DNA of 64,000 nt from assembly GCA_033664045.1 (NCBI GenBank), contig GCA_033664045.1_3674.1. The stretch is one strand, 5' to 3'. Made by a program: the position numbers and the translations under genes. The notes under the pieces were generated by a model, which was given only the letters and a program-made list of their open reading frames with translations, searched no databases and had not been told where the DNA came from. Below are positions 18,658-28,657 of this stretch, piece by piece. Origin of the DNA: a phage. Each line of letters starts with the position of its first letter. The first letter of the stretch is position 1.

Positions 18658-19321
18658 CTGGAGCAAGTATTTCACCTACAGTGACGGCAAACTGTTCTGG
18701 GCGTACACTGCAAAAGCCGGAAGGGGCAGGGTTATACATTACGCAGGTGAGGAGGCCACAGGTACAGATAAAAATGGCTATAGAGTGATATATGTGTCAG
18801 GTGTTGGGAGTGTTCGTAGGCATAGAATAGTTTGGGAGATGCATTACGGGGAGATACCCGAAGGACTTGTTGTGCGGCACAAGAACGACATAGCAGGCGA
18901 TGATAGGGTAGAGAACTTAGTCCTAGGTACACAGGGCGATAATGCACGAGACATGATCTACAGTGACAAACTGAGCATTAACAATACCTCAGGGTGTCGA
19001 GGTGTACGCTACCATAAAGGCATAAAAAGATGGATTGCATCTGTTGGAGACATATACTTAGGATGTTTTAAGACAAAAGAGGATGCAATTGCATGCAGAA
19101 AGTTATGGGAGAAGGGAAAATTCGTCCCGCAAGAGTTGGATGTTAGAAACACTAGCGGTGTAACAGGAGTGTTCTATGTGCCGAGCTCTGGAAGGTGGAG
19201 AGTAAGAGTGCAAAGCGGCAAAAAGAGAAAGAGCTATGGCACTTACAATACTTTAGAAGAAGCAAAAGCTGTAAGAGATAGAGTGATGAAAGAGATTGAG
19301 GAGTTTAAAGATGGGGAATAA
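18650..19321 (+). CDS. HNH homing endonuclease with AP2 DNA-binding repeats
   Basis: HRIVWEMHYGEIPEGLVVRHKNDIAGDDRVENL (HNH); two AP2-like repeats (GCRGVRYHKGIKRWIASV…, GVTGVFYVPSSGRWRVRV…). Confidence 0.75.
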   Translation: MVDWSKYFTYSDGKLFWAYTAKAGRGRVIHYAGEEATGTDKNGYRVIYVSGVGSVRRHRIVWEMHYGEIPEGLVVRHKNDIAGDDRVENLVLGTQGDNARDMIYSDKLSINNTSGCRGVRYHKGIKRWIASVGDIYLGCFKTKEDAIACRKLWEKGKFVPQELDVRNTSGVTGVFYVPSSGRWRVRVQSGKKRKSYGTYNTLEEAKAVRDRVMKEIEEFKDGE

Positions 19322-21389
19322 GTTTATATCCTCTGCATATAGCCGCTATGGAGAACCCAACCCGGTTGCAACAAGATACAAAAGTGGGGGCAGTATGAAA
19401 CGAGACTATCGTGATGAAAAAGAGGTTGAAACTGTAGAGACTGTTTTAGAAAATACTAAAATTGTCCCTGTTCCACAACAGAATATAGGGCTAATGGCTG
19501 CTCAATATTTTGGTGTGCGATCAGCATTATCCCAAGAAGATGGTGTGACAGTCACTGCAACATATTTTCCATATTATGACCGCTACGGAAATCTGTCTGG
19601 TTTCAAAAAACGTGATTGGTCTAAGCCGAAAGAGCAGAAAGGACACTGGTCTGTAGTAGGCATCGTAAAGGCTAACTCCCAGATGTTTGGTCAAAAGCTG
19701 TGTGCATCTTCCAACAACCGTAAGCAGATTAACGTTTGTGAGGGGGAAGGTGATGTTATTGCAGCATGGCAGGCTGCATATCAGATACAAGTAAAAGGGA
19801 TTCTCACCAACGCTAAAGCCCCGGCAAAGGTGAAGCAGTGGGCTAAAGAGGTCCAAGACGGGATCGACGCAGTTATCAACGGTGGTGATCTGGCAGGAAA
19901 ACCCTGCCTGCCTTTTGTTGGAATTAACTGTGGATGTGCAAACGCAGTAGATACTTTTGCAAACAATGAGAAGTTTATCCGTAGCTATGGAACAGTTGTG
20001 CTGGCAATGGATAACGATGCAGCTAACGAGGTAGAGAAGCAAAAACACGTCATCAAAGGTGTTGAGGCCACGCACAATATCGCAGCATTTTTGATGGCTG
20101 ATAACGTTTACCACGTAGAATACCCCGGTGAAGTAAACGACCCTGATGGTGTAAAAGATATCCGAGACATGCTGAAGGCTAAAAAGCTGGAAGATATTGT
20201 CAACATGTTCCGGCATCCTGTTAAATATGTACCTGATGCTGTGTCGGATTTAGAAGACTTCTCTATCGAGTCTTTGCGGAAAAAGACTTCCAACGGGGTA
20301 GATATCAGTGCAGAGTTCCCAAAACTGCAAAAAATGCTAAAAGGCTTGCACAAAGGGACACTCGTAATGCTTACAGGTCCATCAGGCGGCGGTAAAACAA
20401 CCGTGGCTAAAAAACTGGAACACTGTATTGCAAGATACCTAATGGACCCGACATGCCCGAAGGCCGATGACTATGAAGAGGATGATCGTCTATGTATGAT
20501 CCATCTTGAGGAGGATCCAGAGGAAGCAATTAACTCCTTGTATGCAAACCAGTTAGGGTTTGATGTTAAAGAGTTTGTTGAAGATCCTAGCCAGTTTTTA
20601 ACTGATCAAGAACACGCAGAGATTCACCAATCATGGGCAAAAGCTGGAAAAATCAAAGTGTTCAAACATTTCGGGTCTATTCCGGTGGACGAGTTGATTA
20701 CCAAGCTTAAGCAAATGGTTTGCCTGTACCATTGTCGTTATATTGTGCTGGATCACCTGTCCATGGTAATTTCAGGGCTTAATGTTAAGGATGAGCGAAA
20801 AGAACTGGACATGGCTATGACCCAACTGGCTGCGTTTTGTAAGCAGTTTAACGTGTTTATCTTGGTGATCGCTCACCTCAAACGTACAGAGATTGTGCCT
20901 CCTAAAGACAAGGATGGTAACCCGTTACCTTTCTGGTATCCTGTGCGAAAAGAGAATTTGCGAGGATCGGCTGGGCTTGAACAGTTGAGTTGGGTAGTCA
21001 TAGGTGTCGAGGCCGAAGAAATGGTGGATCGTTCTCGTGGGCGTGTCCGTTTAGTAGGTCTTAAAAACCGTCCAGCAAAAACATTGGGTATTGCAGACAC
21101 TTTGGTTATGGACCCACATACAGGTAAGTTCCATGATGCCAGTAATTGGTACTGGGACAAAGAAATGCAAATGTTTACAGATGGAGAAGGTGGGGAGGTT
21201 GTTTGGAGACCTCAGGCTATGTTTGAGGATCAGGAGCATGCAGTTGTAGAAACACCTATGGGCAAGGTTGTGGCTGATAAGGTTGTAACTCCTACTGTTA
21301 AGCCTGTTGACACGCAGGAAGACCTCCAGTACGATGATCCGTCCTCTGACCATGTTCCTGGTTTTGAGGATGATGAAACACCTTTTTAA
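19311..21389 (+). CDS. Primase-helicase (T7 gp4-like)
   Basis: TOPRIM-like EGEGDVIAAW / AMDNDAANE; helicase motifs LTGPSGGGKTT, YIVLDHLSMV, LVIAHLKR. Confidence 0.85.
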   Translation: MGNKFISSAYSRYGEPNPVATRYKSGGSMKRDYRDEKEVETVETVLENTKIVPVPQQNIGLMAAQYFGVRSALSQEDGVTVTATYFPYYDRYGNLSGFKKRDWSKPKEQKGHWSVVGIVKANSQMFGQKLCASSNNRKQINVCEGEGDVIAAWQAAYQIQVKGILTNAKAPAKVKQWAKEVQDGIDAVINGGDLAGKPCLPFVGINCGCANAVDTFANNEKFIRSYGTVVLAMDNDAANEVEKQKHVIKGVEATHNIAAFLMADNVYHVEYPGEVNDPDGVKDIRDMLKAKKLEDIVNMFRHPVKYVPDAVSDLEDFSIESLRKKTSNGVDISAEFPKLQKMLKGLHKGTLVMLTGPSGGGKTTVAKKLEHCIARYLMDPTCPKADDYEEDDRLCMIHLEEDPEEAINSLYANQLGFDVKEFVEDPSQFLTDQEHAEIHQSWAKAGKIKVFKHFGSIPVDELITKLKQMVCLYHCRYIVLDHLSMVISGLNVKDERKELDMAMTQLAAFCKQFNVFILVIAHLKRTEIVPPKDKDGNPLPFWYPVRKENLRGSAGLEQLSWVVIGVEAEEMVDRSRGRVRLVGLKNRPAKTLGIADTLVMDPHTGKFHDASNWYWDKEMQMFTDGEGGEVVWRPQAMFEDQEHAVVETPMGKVVADKVVTPTVKPVDTQEDLQYDDPSSDHVPGFEDDETPF

Positions 21390-21447
21390 TGTTTAACAAA
21401 GAGTGGGAGGGGTAGTACAACCGCCTCCCCTTTAAGGAGAACACTTT

Positions 21448-24225
21448 ATGAGTATGTATAGCTTCGATTTTGAGGCCTCTGGGCTTTTGGAAGATCCAGA
21501 CCTTTATTATCACTGCGGCCTGTTTAAAGCGTTGAATAAGAACCGTTTTATGCTGTTCCTTCCTCTGAATGACCGCACACACTACTCCGAGGAGGATATA
21601 GAGAAGGCTAAGAACTTTATTCTGGCAAAGAAAACTCTTTATAAGGATTTTGAAGTTCGCATAGCAGATTTTTCGGAGTTGGAAGGGTGGCTTACAGGAA
21701 ATTCTGACTGGTCACCCACAGCTTTGAACTGCCACAACTGCTACAGCTACGACTTTATGCTGATGGAGAGATTGTCCGGTATTCATTTTGATATGTTCCG
21801 TGATCCTAAGTGTATGGGGACTATCAACGACCACCAGGTTAATCTGTTTGATACATTGGCTATGAGCCGAATTTTGTGGCCTGACCGACCTTTGCCAAAA
21901 GGTTGTCCAGACGCTGTATTCAACCCGGTTACTAAGAAAATGCAGCCTGTTGGTCCTCACGGCCTTATGGCATGGGGCTACGCTCTTGGTAACCAGAAAG
22001 TTCAAATTGATGACTGGCGCGATCTTCCGTTGTGGAAGTATGTGGATCGTGTATTCGAGGACGTTATCATCCAGGAGCTGCTCTGGAAAGAGCTGGTAGC
22101 GGAATCAAAAGGTGTATTCTACGGCAAATCTGACATGCAGAACTTTATGTACGATCCTGCCAAAGAGAAGCCGAAAGGATTCAAGAAGATCACCTGGAAG
22201 AACGCATTACGTCGAGGCATGCTGCAGCACTTCCTGATGGAGCTGCAGGCCCGTCAGGGCGTATACTTCGACATAGATGGAGCTATTGCTTTACGTGACC
22301 GTTGCGATGCGTGGATGAAAGAAATCGCTGATCGTGTTGAACCACAACTGCCTTTAAAAGAGCTGTCAATGTCTCAGCGGCCCAAGTTCCCTGAAAAGCC
22401 GTTTAACCAAGACGGGACAATCTCCAATAATGGTTGGAAATGGTTAAAAGATAAGCTTGGCTATCCTGTAGACATGAGCGCTTTAGAGTTCAAAGCCCCG
22501 CCTAAGAGAGCATTTACCTCTACAGGAGATGTCAGCAAGATGGGGATAAAATGGTGTGAAGAGATGGGATGCAAAGACCCCGATAAGATGGCTGATTTCT
22601 TGAGAGGCTATATTAAGGGCACTTCCACACCACACCCTTTGCCTAAAGAGCTGATGGATCAGGCAATAAGTGATCTACAGCAGAAGCGAATGCCGGACTG
22701 CAAGATACCTATGAAAATCAGCAACCAGGACGACATTAAGCGATACCTGATCAGTGCTGGCTGGCTTCCGACAATGTGGAGAACTAAGGATGTAACTAAA
22801 GACAGCAAGAAGAAAGCTTTACCTGATGCAGATGTTGATGCACGAGTATATGCATATATGGACGAGCTTTTGGAGTCAGAGTATTGTGACCTAATTATCA
22901 ACTTCTGGAACAAAACTGATGCTAAGTTCCAGACAACCGTGCACAAGTTCCGAAGCTTTCCTAACTCCGAAAGGATTAAAAAGGAAGTATTCGGGAAAAT
23001 ACGTAGAAAAGCTAGGGCACTTATTACTTCTCCGCAACTGAAAGATACGTTTGGACACCTATGCCCAAATCTTGAAAAATTGAACGGAGAGATGGCTAAA
23101 GATATCGTCTTGTGGTTATCATTGCGAAACCGCAGATCGGTCCTTGATCCAATCAAGGAGGATAAGGTTGATACTGGTCTTCTTAATCACCCACGCTTGA
23201 AGATTGACCATAAGCTTCCTGCTAAAAGTTCTGGATTAACAAACACTTCCCGACAGAAACACAGTATTTGTGCAAACATGCCTAAACCATCTCCTAAAGT
23301 GGTTATGGGTAAAGAGATGCGTAGTCTGTGGGGTGTTCCTCCAGGATACTTTGAGATCGGTATTGACGGGTCCAACTTAGAGCAGCTTATCGGGGCTTGG
23401 GGTGCCTTTGAGTTCGACAACGGCTTGTATTATGATGTTGTAAGTAACGGGGACGCACACCAAAACAATGCTGAGGCATATACAAAAGTAGCAGGCAGAG
23501 AGGTGTCTCGTAACGACGGTAAACCTATCACGTATGGGGTTATGTACGGGGCACAAAAAGATAAAGTTGCAGACATGCTGGATATCTCTCCAGAGTTGGG
23601 GCAAAGGGTAATCGATGCGCTTTGGGATGCCAACCCAGGTCTTAAGGGGCGTAAAGAGGATCTGGAGAAATTCTGGGAAGCAACTGGTAAGAAGTTTATC
23701 TACTCTTTTGATGGTCATGCCATCTGGACCCGATCTAAACACTCTTTACTTAATGCATACCAACAAAATGGCGGTGCATCGTTGTGTGATTTAGTTGGGA
23801 TACTCATGCACCACCAAATGGTGAGGCGTGGGTGGTACGATGAAGGTGTTCGTCGTATTATCTATTACCATGACGAATATCAGCTTCAAGTACCTGACAC
23901 ACCGAAGTATAAGACTGTGTACACCTTCGACACAATTGAAGAATTGGAAGCATTTAAGGCAGAGCAGGAGGCCAAACTTCATGTGTTCGACGGTCATAAG
24001 TACAAAAAGGCACGCAAGGATGAAAACGGAAACGAAGTGGTTGACAGAGACGGAAACACGGTGTACGATCCTATCTTGAACGATGACGGAAAGCTTGAAC
24101 TTATCTGGAGTCCTGTGGGCGAAATGGTGGTACATTGCTTCTGGCAAGCTTCTAAAATGATGGGAGTCCCGTTCCAGATCACAGGTGAATACTTGTGTGG
24201 TCGTAATTGGGGTGATTGTCACTAA
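21448..24225 (+). CDS. Family A DNA polymerase with 3'-5' exonuclease domain
   Basis: Exo I-like FDFEASGL; motif B RNDGKPITYGVMYG; motif C YYHDEYQLQV; 925 aa. Confidence 0.9.
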   Translation: MSMYSFDFEASGLLEDPDLYYHCGLFKALNKNRFMLFLPLNDRTHYSEEDIEKAKNFILAKKTLYKDFEVRIADFSELEGWLTGNSDWSPTALNCHNCYSYDFMLMERLSGIHFDMFRDPKCMGTINDHQVNLFDTLAMSRILWPDRPLPKGCPDAVFNPVTKKMQPVGPHGLMAWGYALGNQKVQIDDWRDLPLWKYVDRVFEDVIIQELLWKELVAESKGVFYGKSDMQNFMYDPAKEKPKGFKKITWKNALRRGMLQHFLMELQARQGVYFDIDGAIALRDRCDAWMKEIADRVEPQLPLKELSMSQRPKFPEKPFNQDGTISNNGWKWLKDKLGYPVDMSALEFKAPPKRAFTSTGDVSKMGIKWCEEMGCKDPDKMADFLRGYIKGTSTPHPLPKELMDQAISDLQQKRMPDCKIPMKISNQDDIKRYLISAGWLPTMWRTKDVTKDSKKKALPDADVDARVYAYMDELLESEYCDLIINFWNKTDAKFQTTVHKFRSFPNSERIKKEVFGKIRRKARALITSPQLKDTFGHLCPNLEKLNGEMAKDIVLWLSLRNRRSVLDPIKEDKVDTGLLNHPRLKIDHKLPAKSSGLTNTSRQKHSICANMPKPSPKVVMGKEMRSLWGVPPGYFEIGIDGSNLEQLIGAWGAFEFDNGLYYDVVSNGDAHQNNAEAYTKVAGREVSRNDGKPITYGVMYGAQKDKVADMLDISPELGQRVIDALWDANPGLKGRKEDLEKFWEATGKKFIYSFDGHAIWTRSKHSLLNAYQQNGGASLCDLVGILMHHQMVRRGWYDEGVRRIIYYHDEYQLQVPDTPKYKTVYTFDTIEELEAFKAEQEAKLHVFDGHKYKKARKDENGNEVVDRDGNTVYDPILNDDGKLELIWSPVGEMVVHCFWQASKMMGVPFQITGEYLCGRNWGDCH

Positions 24226-24274
24226 TGTAAACTATCAACACATGGAAGTGTTGTTGAGCAAAGAGGAGACTTTT

Positions 24275-24559
24275 ATGGTAGTAGAGCCAACAAAAACATT
24301 TACATCCATGACCATTCCTGTTATTATGCAGGTGGAGTGTGTTCAGGTATCTCAAGTGTGGCCTGGCACCAAAATCCCAACAGGGCCTGATTTCTTTCAG
24401 GTTGGGAAAGTGTACAATGTCTGGAAGGCACCAGATTGTTACCCTTTCATTAAAGATGACCGTGGGATGCTGTGGTATCTTGGAAATGACTTGACACTGC
24501 ACCTTGGGAATGCTATTATTGCAGTATTCAGACTTAACAAGAAGGAGACCGATCAATGA
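24275..24559 (+). CDS. Hypothetical protein (paralog set, KDxxGxxWF motif)
   Basis: AGAGGAG site; IKDDRGMLWYL motif shared with the next two genes. Confidence 0.5.
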   Translation: MVVEPTKTFTSMTIPVIMQVECVQVSQVWPGTKIPTGPDFFQVGKVYNVWKAPDCYPFIKDDRGMLWYLGNDLTLHLGNAIIAVFRLNKKETDQ

Positions 24560-24783
24560 CGACTTTGGTTAAAGCTACCTTTGTAGAAGAAAAGATGACA
24601 GACCTGTCATTCTTTAAAGAAGGAAAGACCTACGAGGTTTATTACGATAAAAATCGTGCAAACAAGATGATTAAAGACGAGGAAGGGATTGCCTGGTTTA
24701 TCTCCCATCTGGCAAACGGTGAGTATCATATCTACGGAACCACCCTGCTTGCCAAGTTTGTAGCTGTTGAAGAGGGCCTATGA
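24556..24783 (+). CDS. Hypothetical protein (paralog set, KDxxGxxWF motif)
   Basis: IKDEEGIAWFI motif; overlapping stop/start. Confidence 0.5.
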   Translation: MTTLVKATFVEEKMTDLSFFKEGKTYEVYYDKNRANKMIKDEEGIAWFISHLANGEYHIYGTTLLAKFVAVEEGL

Positions 24784-24974
24784 AAGTAAAGTATCTGGCT
24801 GAGGGTATGAGTAGGTATTTCACCCTTGGTGAAGAATATTGGCCCTTTACAAGCAACGGCGATGTCTACGTGAAAGATAATTCCGGCACGCCGTGGTTTC
24901 TGCACTTTAATGGGCTGGGATACTCCATTTACTGCGGTGCAGTGAACAACACAACACTTGCAGAGTTTGTATAG
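24780..24974 (+). CDS. Hypothetical protein (paralog set, KDxxGxxWF motif)
   Basis: VKDNSGTPWFL motif. Confidence 0.5.
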   Translation: MKVKYLAEGMSRYFTLGEEYWPFTSNGDVYVKDNSGTPWFLHFNGLGYSIYCGAVNNTTLAEFV

Positions 24975-24984
24975 GGGAGGCAGG

Positions 24985-25356
24985 ATGTTAGTAAAAGGTA
25001 CTCACACAGTCAAACAGCGTATTGAAGTTGAGATTGATGATTGTGAGCTGAAGCATATTCTACGGTCATGTTCTAACGTTTTGCTCCTTAGCATTCTTCA
25101 GGAGCGAGCAGAGAACGAGTTCTTAAATGCACTGGCAGGCCGTCCTGGTGACTTCTGTGTGCGTAAGCGTGGTGACAACAAGTCATGGCTGTGGGAAATC
25201 GATGCCGACTGGGATTACCACAAAAATGAGGGTATAGATGAGCCTATTCGTGAATTGACAGACAAAGAGGTTCAGATGTACAATGAAGTTTGTCATTGGG
25301 CAACACGCCAACAAATTTACCTCGACCCTGTGTGGCTGATTGAAAATAGTCATTGA
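24985..25356 (+). CDS. Hypothetical protein
   Basis: GGGGAGG site then ATG 24985. Confidence 0.5.
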   Translation: MLVKGTHTVKQRIEVEIDDCELKHILRSCSNVLLLSILQERAENEFLNALAGRPGDFCVRKRGDNKSWLWEIDADWDYHKNEGIDEPIRELTDKEVQMYNEVCHWATRQQIYLDPVWLIENSH

Positions 25357-25432
25357 CAAGAAGTAAGATTAGATATAAGATGTTTCACACAAACAGAGCG
25401 TTGATTTTTAAATAACTAAGGAGACTGCCAAG

Positions 25433-25687
25433 ATGAAAATTACTTTGAAGCCAGAATGCGTTGAAAATGACCGAGCTTTTAAAGATTGCACAGTCGGTGC
25501 AATTTATGAAGCAGAGTTTTGTGAGAACCCTCTGGTAAAAGCCCTTCTGGAAGAAGGGGCCCCTTTATCACAAGAAGAGATCGATGAGCTGGAAAACTCA
25601 GCACAGTGCCTTACCTTTAAAGATGATGAAGGAGACTCTGTCTGGTGCACTGTTAATGAAGTAGTTTTTGTAAAACCTGAACATTAA
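25433..25687 (+). CDS. Hypothetical protein (paralog of 25751..26023)
   Basis: Shares AFKDCT…KDDEGD…CT pattern with the next gene. Confidence 0.5.
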   Translation: MKITLKPECVENDRAFKDCTVGAIYEAEFCENPLVKALLEEGAPLSQEEIDELENSAQCLTFKDDEGDSVWCTVNEVVFVKPEH

Positions 25688-25690
25688 TAC

Positions 25691-25719
25691 TTGACAACAG
25701 TGATAGGGCCTAATATAAT
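25691..25719 (+). promoter_or_regulatory. Sigma70 consensus promoter
   Basis: TTGACA (25691-25696), 17-bp spacer, TATAAT (25714-25719). Confidence 0.65.
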
Positions 25720-25750
25720 GGCCCTATCAAAACGAAAGGGGACCACAGCA

Positions 25751-26023
25751 ATGACCAAACAATATCAACGAATTAAAGCCAAGGTTAAGCCAGACTATCT
25801 GGAGAAGGACTCTGCTTTTCGGGACTGCACAGCTGACAAAGTTTACACAGGTGCCGTCCTGTTGAACGATGAACTTGAAGTAGATATTCTGGGTAAAGAG
25901 GCCACTATTAAGGACGACCAAGGCGATTATGTTTGCTGCACCACACGTGAGCTAGAAATCTTAGAATACTTCGGTGAAATCTTCACCTCTCTTGATGATT
26001 ACTTAGACGACGAGGAAGCGTAA
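25751..26023 (+). CDS. Hypothetical protein (paralog of 25433..25687)
   Basis: Start ATG 25751 downstream of the promoter. Confidence 0.5.
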   Translation: MTKQYQRIKAKVKPDYLEKDSAFRDCTADKVYTGAVLLNDELEVDILGKEATIKDDQGDYVCCTTRELEILEYFGEIFTSLDDYLDDEEA

Positions 26024-26412
26024 TGAAAAATATTTGGGATATTGATATCTTTGAAGCCTCTAAGCTTGACGGTGCTGATGGAGTGATTATGGTGTCTGAT
26101 GGCAAGGCAACACTAACTTCCGGAGATATCATCTATGCCTTGGACGAGCTGGCGCTTCTGAAGTCTACCGGTAACACTCTAGAGGAGCGTCTTCAAGGCT
26201 TCGCCTTCAAAGAAGGCACAAATACCGCCATGATGTGCACCACACGGACAGTTCAGGTGGGTAACGGTGTCTATATGATTATTGCTGTGTGTCCTAAATT
26301 CAGCAACGTCAACAAAGATGATGCTGACGCGGTAAACGATGTGGTTGTTCTCTTCGTGGGTGACGCTATGGCAGATCTGATGAATGCAGGAGAAGCAGCA
26401 AATGAAGACTGA
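26023..26412 (+). CDS. Hypothetical protein
   Basis: Track ORF. Confidence 0.5.
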   Translation: MKNIWDIDIFEASKLDGADGVIMVSDGKATLTSGDIIYALDELALLKSTGNTLEERLQGFAFKEGTNTAMMCTTRTVQVGNGVYMIIAVCPKFSNVNKDDADAVNDVVVLFVGDAMADLMNAGEAANED

Positions 26413-26704
26413 AAACATCACCCCAGCAGGGTTCTTAAAAGTATACCGTGAACTGCTATATACTACAGAGGACAGTGTTCTGGAGTATCCAGAATATCTT
26501 TTGCTGTATAAGTATCTACAGGAGGCTGGTGAAAATCTGCCAGTTAATGCAGAAGGCGGTCCGAACTGGGTATACAGCGCATGGAGAAAGGTTGACATTC
26601 TCCCAGATCCAGGTAAAGATATGGTAGTTTGGCAGCTTATCAACAACATCGGGATTCCAATCTTCGATGAGGCTGTTAAAATCTATTTTGAACTTGACGA
26701 TTAA
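26402..26704 (+). CDS. Hypothetical protein
   Basis: AGGAGA site; start ATG 26402. Confidence 0.5.
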   Translation: MKTENITPAGFLKVYRELLYTTEDSVLEYPEYLLLYKYLQEAGENLPVNAEGGPNWVYSAWRKVDILPDPGKDMVVWQLINNIGIPIFDEAVKIYFELDD

Positions 26705-26721
26705 TATCAGGAGACCTTAAG

Positions 26722-26967
26722 ATGACTGAAGTAGTTGCTCGCGCAGGACAGAAAGTACGTTGTGTTGAAGTAGGTTTTGGTGGCAAAGGGTGTCAAAACT
26801 TGACTCAAGGTAAGGAATACGCTGTTATCTCTGGTGGTGGCGACGAAAGTATTGTGTTCGAGGGCCACATCCTGGATGCTGAAAACTTTGAAATCTTTGA
26901 CGACGATGGGGATCCGATCACCTGCCTGCTGGACGGGAATTGGGGAACTTTCGAAGTGATTGGCTAA
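26722..26967 (+). CDS. Hypothetical protein
   Basis: AGGAGA site. Confidence 0.5.
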   Translation: MTEVVARAGQKVRCVEVGFGGKGCQNLTQGKEYAVISGGGDESIVFEGHILDAENFEIFDDDGDPITCLLDGNWGTFEVIG

Positions 26968-27050
26968 CAAATACCTATTGTAATTTACAGAAGGGGATGC
27001 TAAAATAGTGTCTCCTTCTATGTTGTTCAAATAAAATCGGAGATTCCATA

Positions 27051-27416
27051 ATGGAACAAATGAACGATCAAGCGTCGGTTGCGATGAACGAGCAAGAACA
27101 ACCTCAAGAATTTTTCTTAGGGTTAAGTAAAGATCAAGTGTCTCTTCTGCTAGTGCTTTCTTCTTTCATGGGAAGACTTCAGGAGCTCACACAACAGCCA
27201 GAGGCTGAACAATTATTCCAAGCTTTGCGTGAAGAAGAAAAATATCGTCGTTTGGACTATGCCTTAGGTTGGGTAGCTCAACAACGAGATATGCTAATGG
27301 CCCTCTCTGGGACTACAAGTTTTGCAATGGGCCTGTTGGCTCAAGTTCAGGACAAATTAATTCAAGCAGGGTTTGCACACACGGCAAACACTAACGAAGA
27401 ACAAGGAGATAAATAA
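27051..27416 (+). CDS. Hypothetical protein (Q/E-rich)
   Basis: Track ORF. Confidence 0.5.
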   Translation: MEQMNDQASVAMNEQEQPQEFFLGLSKDQVSLLLVLSSFMGRLQELTQQPEAEQLFQALREEEKYRRLDYALGWVAQQRDMLMALSGTTSFAMGLLAQVQDKLIQAGFAHTANTNEEQGDK

Positions 27417-28642
27417 TGAGCGTTATTCAACAATTCGCTAACCCAATGAATCCGCGTGAAACTGTTTTACTGGCTCACGGCATGATTAAACGTGTTAGCA
27501 TCAAGCCTATCAAAGGTGCTGATCCTACAACAGGTATTAAAACCACTGTGTGGCAAGGTAAGAAAATTGAATCCAGCCACACCATCTCTTTACTGATTTC
27601 TGAACTGGATTCCTCTGATAACCTGCTTCAAGGTGGTGAAGAAGTCTGGATCAGCATGGGTGATAAGCTGCTTAAACCAGGTCATCAAGACTCTGTCTCT
27701 GTTAAGATTGATGACAAGTGGGAAACCGTAACGCCAGGATGGATCGTAAATATCCCTTTGAAGGCAAACGAGCATAACGGTAAGACCTATTACAAGGGCT
27801 CACTGGCTAAGATGGTTAAGCTGGGTGCAGGAGAGGCTCCAGCAGCGACTCAGCAGCAAAAACAGCAACAAGGTGCACAATCACAAGGCCAGAAGCAGAA
27901 ACCTCAGCAGAATGCCAATCAGGACGTTTTACGCATCTATGGTGATGTGACTCAGATTGTTGGCAACGTGGTTACTGTTAATGACCACAAGATTGGCGAA
28001 GGTGCTATGGTTGTAACTGATGAGCAGCTTAAAGACCTGGTGGTAGGTGGTCGTGTTGCAGCCATTGTTGACAAAGACACCGGAAACATTATCAGTGGTT
28101 TCAAGGCCTATCCCCCTAAGGCAGAGAACGGCACTCAAGGCTCTGGTGGCAAGCGTAAATCCTCTTACGACCCTATCGGTGTGGAAACGGGGCATAGCAT
28201 CAATGCGTTGCAGATCATCCTGGATCGCGGGTTTAAGGTAGACGACCCGCTGGGCGTGGCTAAAACACTGCACGTAGTCACCATTGAGCTTAAGAAAGAG
28301 TATGCTCAAGCCACCAACCGAACTGAAGATGAAGTAGGTGCCAGTGTCGGTAATGCGGTGTTGAACGCTTGTCGCCGTATTGACAAGAAAACGAAAGTTG
28401 ATGATTTTGCAGCGGCAATTACTGCAGAAGCAAAAGATGTCTTGACTAATCTGGCTGAACCGTTGTACGATTGGATCAAGAACGGTGCTGGGTCAACCGA
28501 CCATCAAGAACCTCAGGCTGCCAAACAGGAAGCAGCTCCACAGCAAAACACTGTAGACGCTCCTCCTGTAAATGATGAGGAAGATGACCCAATGGATCAG
28601 AATCCAGCACAGTACGCCTTTGATGATGACATCCCTTTTTAA
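27416..28642 (+). CDS. SSB-like ssDNA-binding protein candidate
   Basis: Ends …FDDDIPF, the same hexapeptide that ends E. coli SSB; Q-rich linker QQQKQQQGAQSQGQKQKPQQ; located beside polymerase and primase. Confidence 0.55.
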   Translation: MSVIQQFANPMNPRETVLLAHGMIKRVSIKPIKGADPTTGIKTTVWQGKKIESSHTISLLISELDSSDNLLQGGEEVWISMGDKLLKPGHQDSVSVKIDDKWETVTPGWIVNIPLKANEHNGKTYYKGSLAKMVKLGAGEAPAATQQQKQQQGAQSQGQKQKPQQNANQDVLRIYGDVTQIVGNVVTVNDHKIGEGAMVVTDEQLKDLVVGGRVAAIVDKDTGNIISGFKAYPPKAENGTQGSGGKRKSSYDPIGVETGHSINALQIILDRGFKVDDPLGVAKTLHVVTIELKKEYAQATNRTEDEVGASVGNAVLNACRRIDKKTKVDDFAAAITAEAKDVLTNLAEPLYDWIKNGAGSTDHQEPQAAKQEAAPQQNTVDAPPVNDEEDDPMDQNPAQYAFDDDIPF

Positions 28643-28657
28643 CAATTAGTTAACATA

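Noticed and set aside
19527-24222. Long antisense ORFs inside the primase-helicase and polymerase genes (19527..20216, 22659..23156, 23377..23742, 23791..24222, minus strand)
   Set aside because: They lie wholly within genes with strong motif support on the other strand and have no start signals; shadow ORFs.
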